From: Andalucia godoyi And28
Taxonomy: Eukaryota; Protista; Jakobida
Reading direction: 5' to 3'
DNA: 64,000 nucleotides
NCBI GenBank assembly: GCA_009859145.1
Contig: VRVR01000015.1
Coordinates: forward strand, 1-64,000
In this document: positions 59,772 through 64,000 of the stretch, piece after piece
Layout: each line of letters begins with the position of its first letter
Numbering within the stretch: the first letter of the stretch is position 1
The notes under the pieces: generated by a model
Databases searched by the model: none
What the model was told of the DNA's origin: nothing
The model's input: only the letters and a program-made list of their open reading frames with translations
Program-made: the position numbers and the translations under genes

Positions 59772-59804
<33 letters not shown>
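59772..59804. repeat. (GT)n microsatellite
   Basis: Perfect run between the divergent RING and CCT4 genes. Confidence 0.95.
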
Positions 59805-59805
<1 letters not shown>

Positions 59806-60269
59806 TTGAATGGATATTACATGTTAAAAACTAATATCATCTCCAAAACATTCCGAAATGAAACAAAACAAATAAGAAAATCTAAATAAGAAAACACTAA
59901 AAAGAAAACGTAAAAATTCGAAAGGATGATTAAAGAGAATCAGGAAAAACTCAGGAGAGCGGAGACACGAGTTGTGCTTCTTTTTCTTTTTTCCCCCTTC
60001 TTCTCCTTTTCCCCGACATCGTCTGTCTGGTGGGTTACTTCCCGCCACTGACGTTTTGGCCAATGACAAGTCATTGCCAAAAAAGACGCTTTTCAAACCA
60101 AATTGTCATTCCCTCTTACCCTGTCTCTCTCTTCCTCTCATCATCATTATTCCAAATGAGCTTGGTTTTTATCTTCCTTTCCCCCTTTCCTTTGGTATTC
60201 TTCTTATATTTCTTCACTTGGGTTTCCCGGTTTGCTTTTCTCACTACTAAAACTTCTCCTCGAGCATCC

Positions 60270-62000
60270 ATGTCTGCCCCTGCTGCCGCCCCTGCCGCCT
60301 CTTCAACTGCGCAGTCTGGAGACCGTCTTAACGAGAAGGTCAAGGAACGCGATGTCAGAATGTCAAACTTGCTCGCTGCAAAATGTATGTCTTTTAATCG
60401 ACTTGTTGGAACGCCTTTTCCGGATTTGATCTAACCTTTTCTTCTTCTTCTTCTTCTTCTTCCTCGTCGTCGTCGTTGTTGTTGATGATGTTTTTTTTGC
60501 TCTCATTGTATAGCTCTTGCCGATGCCGTCCGTACTTCTCTTGGACCGCGTGGAATGGACAAGATGGTTGTGGATTCTAGTGGAGACGTTTTGATCACGA
60601 ACGACGGAGCGACTGTGCTTCGCGAGTTGGAGGTCACGCACCCTGCTGCAAAGATGCTTGTGAAGCTCTCGGCTGCTCAAGATGTGGAAGCTGGAGACGG
60701 CACTACGTCCGTCGTCGTTATCTGCGGTGCTTTGCTTTCTGCATGCCAGACCCTTTTGGAAAAGGGTATCCATGCCACAGCGATTTCGGAGGCATTCCAG
60801 GTTGCCTGCGACAAGGCTGAAGAAGTTTTGCACAGTATGGCCGTTCCTCTGCAGCTGTCGGACCGAGAAACGCTTATTCGATGTGCGCGGACATCTCTGC
60901 AGTCCAAGATCGTATCACAACATGCCGACATGCTTGCGCCAGTGGCTGTCGACGCCGTTTTGAAGATTGCCGCGAACAATAATGCGGATTTGAGAGATAT
61001 CCGCATCGTCAAGAAGCTCGGCATGACTCTTGATGACTCGGAACTCATCGACGGCCTTGTATTTGCACAAAAAGCATCGCACTTGGCCAACGGACCCACT
61101 CGTATTGAGAATGCAAAGATCGGACTGATCCAGTTCTGCTTGTCGCCGCCCAAATCCGATATGGACAACACCGTGGTGGTTTCCAACTATGAGCAGATGG
61201 ATCGCGTTCATGCAGAAGAGCGCGCGTATTTGCTGAACCTCTGCAAGAGCATCAAGAAAACAGGATGCAACGTCTTGCTTATCCAAAAGTCCATTTTGCG
61301 AGACGCCGTTACTCCCCTCTCCTTGTCCTTCCTTGCACAGATGAAGATCATGGTAATCCGAGATATTGAGCGTGACGACATCGAGTTCATCTCCAAGACT
61401 CTGGGATGCAAGCCCGTCGCCCACGTGGATCTCTTCACTGCCGACAAGCTCGGTTCCGCGAACCTCGTTGAGGAAAGCCCCACTGCTGATGGCAAGATTG
61501 TCAAGGTTACGGGGATCCCTACTGAACACAAGACCGTGTCGATTCTCTTGCGCGGCACTGCGAAGTTGATCCTTGATGAAGCGGACCGATCACTGCATGA
61601 CGCTCTTTGCGTTGTTCGAGCACTTGTCAAGAAGCAGTTCTTGATTGCGGGTGGCGGAGCTCCCGAGTCCGAGGTTGCGTACCAACTGGAGCGTTATGCG
61701 AAGACTCTTGGCGGTGTGAATGCATACTGCGTGCGGGCGTTCGCAGAGGCTTTGGAGGTGATCCCTTATACTCTGGCTGAGAATGCTGGCATGTACCCCG
61801 TGGAGGTTGTTGCCGAGCTGCGTCAGAAGCACGCAGAAGGCGGAAAGAATGTGGGCATCAATGTCCGTAGAGGTGGTGTTTCGTCGATGTTGGATGAAAA
61901 CGTTGTTCAACCATTGCTCGTGACGCTGTCGGCGATCCGATTGGCGACTGAGACCGTGCGTATGATCCTCAAGATCGACGATATTGTCCCTGTCCGCTAA
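60270..62000 (+). CDS. CCT4: T-complex protein 1 subunit delta; two exons, 60270-60384 and 60514-62000 (533 aa)
   Basis: Splicing joins [29 protein letters not shown] in frame; [41 protein letters not shown]. Confidence 0.97.
60385..60513 (+). other. Spliceosomal intron of CCT4 (129 nt, phase 1)
   Basis: Donor GTATGT; candidate branch CTAAC at 60431-60435; pyrimidine-rich tract; TAG acceptor; removal restores a conserved frame. Confidence 0.92.
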
Positions 62001-62040
62001 ACTCGCCTGCATGGACAGGTGGTGCTAATGTCTCTGTTTT

Positions 62041-62042
<2 letters not shown>

Positions 62043-62130
<88 letters not shown>

Positions 62131-62145
62131 TCTCTCTCTCTCTCT
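62043..62145. repeat. Imperfect (CT)n microsatellite
   Basis: About 100 nt, just after the CCT4 stop. Confidence 0.95.
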
Positions 62146-62377
62146 ATCTTTTTCTGTTGTTGCTGTGTCTTATTACTGCTTCTATGCGTCTGCTGCACCT
62201 TTTATACACCTACAGGATAAATGCGAAATGACTTTTTCTTCGGTGTTTTCTTGTTTAGAATCCGTTATCCGTCCACGAAAATCTTTACAATCCCATATCT
62301 TCTTTCTCCATGTACATGTACATTTTTGAGACGTAAATCAGCTGGGGGAATAGGGGAGGGAAATCGCACTTCTGTTT

Positions 62378-63439
62378 CTATTCATCTTCGCCATCATCTT
62401 CATCGTCCCTGTAGCGACTATTATCACCGTCTTGCTCCTCCATGTCGTCAGAAATCTTGCTCCGACCGCTTTGTCTTTCGTGCGGATCGGGACTCTTAGA
62501 GAACAAGGATGGAGACCGAGCCGATCGCCCAGAAATCTGTGTGTACCTCCTAGACGTCTCTCTGTTGCACATGTTGACCAACGTTTCCAATTGCTCGGAA
62601 GAGGCACATGTCATTGCCCGAGAGAGATCATCAATCACAACCTCGGGTCTGGCAAACCCGCGGTCTCCTGGGTCATTCCGTGCCTTCACGCCGCCACGTG
62701 AGGAAACCATTCGAAGCCCCGCACCTTGCCTTTCTTCGTCCCAAAAGCACATTATTGCAAATCGGACAATGTCTCCGTCTCGGATCAATGGCCGCGAGCT
62801 TCGAAACTCGACGTCGCAGAGAGACCGCGCATGCTGGATTCCGTTTTGCGCAACCATGTCGAACGCATATCTCGAATAGTCCTTCATCATGCAGAAATGC
62901 AGCAAAAATACACGATTCGCAGCATCCTCATAAACCAAATCTGCAAAATGGCGGACGCTGCCAAGCCCCAGTTTCGTACACGGAACGTGCATCTGCATCC
63001 TCTTCACTCTTTCAAACTTCAGAAGACTGCACGCAACACCAAAGCAAATTTCAATAGTGGTCAGCTCGGAAAAGAATGCTTTCTGTCGAAGCAGCGATCG
63101 CATCCTTTGGCGGAGGTTGATGACTGCAGTATAAGGATGTAGACCTCCGTCATCCGCCCATCGCTGGCTGCGCTGTCCATGCATGACAAGCTCAAACTTC
63201 TCAGAAACGTCAATCAGCCCAATCCGAATAAGAAACAAAACCGTCCGTCTCGCTTGCTCCGACGACGCAGGCATAAAATGTCGCCCGTACTCGTCATAAA
63301 AAGAAGTAAACAGCACCGGAGACGACGAGACCGACGAACCACTCTCCGACGACAATTGCACCTGTGGCACCTGCTGTTGCTGCTGGGGTTGTTGTAGTTG
63401 TTGGGGACGCTCCTCACTGACATTGATCCCTCCTTCCAT
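62378..63439 (-). CDS. Orphan protein (353 aa) with polyQ N-terminus, globular core and acidic tail
   Basis: ATG-started 1-kb ORF filling the gap, with protein-like composition; no family confidently recognised. Confidence 0.7.
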   Translation of the reverse strand: MEGGINVSEERPQQLQQPQQQQQVPQVQLSSESGSSVSSSPVLFTSFYDEYGRHFMPASSEQARRTVLFLIRIGLIDVSEKFELVMHGQRSQRWADDGGLHPYTAVINLRQRMRSLLRQKAFFSELTTIEICFGVACSLLKFERVKRMQMHVPCTKLGLGSVRHFADLVYEDAANRVFLLHFCMMKDYSRYAFDMVAQNGIQHARSLCDVEFRSSRPLIRDGDIVRFAIMCFWDEERQGAGLRMVSSRGGVKARNDPGDRGFARPEVVIDDLSRAMTCASSEQLETLVNMCNRETSRRYTQISGRSARSPSLFSKSPDPHERQSGRSKISDDMEEQDGDNSRYRDDEDDGEDE

Positions 63440-63770
63440 TTCACCGTTTCCGTGCGAAAATCCACCCTAATCCCCTTTCTCTGTCGCGCTTCCTAATCGG
63501 ACTAAATAATATTTGTCCTTGCGGGGGCCAGAGGGGCGTTGGTTCGGAAGAGGGAGAGGGGGTCATTCTTCTCCGACTGTACATGGCGCCATGCGCATTG
63601 CAGGCTGCATGCATCTCGATTGACGCTGCATCAGTTGATGCTATCGGAGGAACCAGACGGGTTTGGGAGATGGGCGTGCTGTTCGGGAGAGTAAGCAAGG
63701 ATCCGTCAAGGAAACGACACAACAGGAACAAATTAAGAGAAAAAGCAGGCACACAGAAAGAGACAGACAG

Positions 63771-63777
63771 ACACACA

Positions 63778-63830
<53 letters not shown>
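63771..63830. repeat. Compound (AC)n(AG)n microsatellite
   Basis: Directly visible. Confidence 0.95.
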
Positions 63831-63831
<1 letters not shown>

Positions 63832-64000
63832 CAACGAGAAAAAGGGAAAGAGGAAAGAGAAACCGCTCTGAGAAGAAATGATTCGATTTGTAATGTTGGT
63901 GAACAAACAAGGGCAAACGCGGCTTGCGCAGTATACAAAGTACATTAGCATTGATGAAAGAACAGCATTGGAAGCAGAGGTGGTTCGAAAGTGTCTTGGG

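Noticed and set aside
63586-63598. 13-mer gcgccatgcgcat shared with 6611-6623
   Set aside because: It is too short and partly palindromic, and the flanks do not align.

Overview
Compact, intron-poor eukaryotic nuclear DNA, about 50% GC by eye, in the standard code (TAA, TAG and TGA all end conserved genes). It comes from an aerobic flagellated protist: it encodes an outer-arm dynein, CFAP73 and a mitochondrial ETF-QO. The style resembles a jakobid/discobid such as Andalucia, but that is inference only. I support about 21 protein-coding genes plus several small candidate ORFs. In order: a partial coiled-coil gene running off the left edge, a CfaD/26-29p-type papain protease, a compact ABC-F ATPase, ETFDH, a coiled-coil protein with three UVR-like motifs, an Rh-type ammonium transporter, a 4573-aa outer-arm dynein beta heavy chain in one uninterrupted ORF, a pseudo-kinesin/CCDC78-like fusion, CFAP73/CCDC42, a 1698-aa disordered orphan, an uncharacterised SAM methyltransferase, SCYL1, a Frag1/DRAM membrane protein, GlnRS, HSP110, a GST-fold protein, a plant-NUDT14-like Nudix hydrolase, USO1/p115, a RING-H2 protein, CCT4 (the only clear intron) and an orphan. 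Intergenic DNA carries many microsatellites and two dispersed repeat families. No tRNA, rRNA, CRISPR array or intact transposase was found. Best leads: (1) a ~330-bp repeat lying in the same orientation 165-168 nt upstream of the inferred start codons of two unrelated genes; (2) a catalytically dead kinesin fold fused to a CCDC78-like coiled coil inside a run of ciliary genes; (3) an array of LC8/TQT-like motifs in the neighbouring orphan. All family assignments are from motif recognition, with no database searches run. Many ORF-track starts are TTG/GTG codons, so I moved starts to the first plausible ATG.
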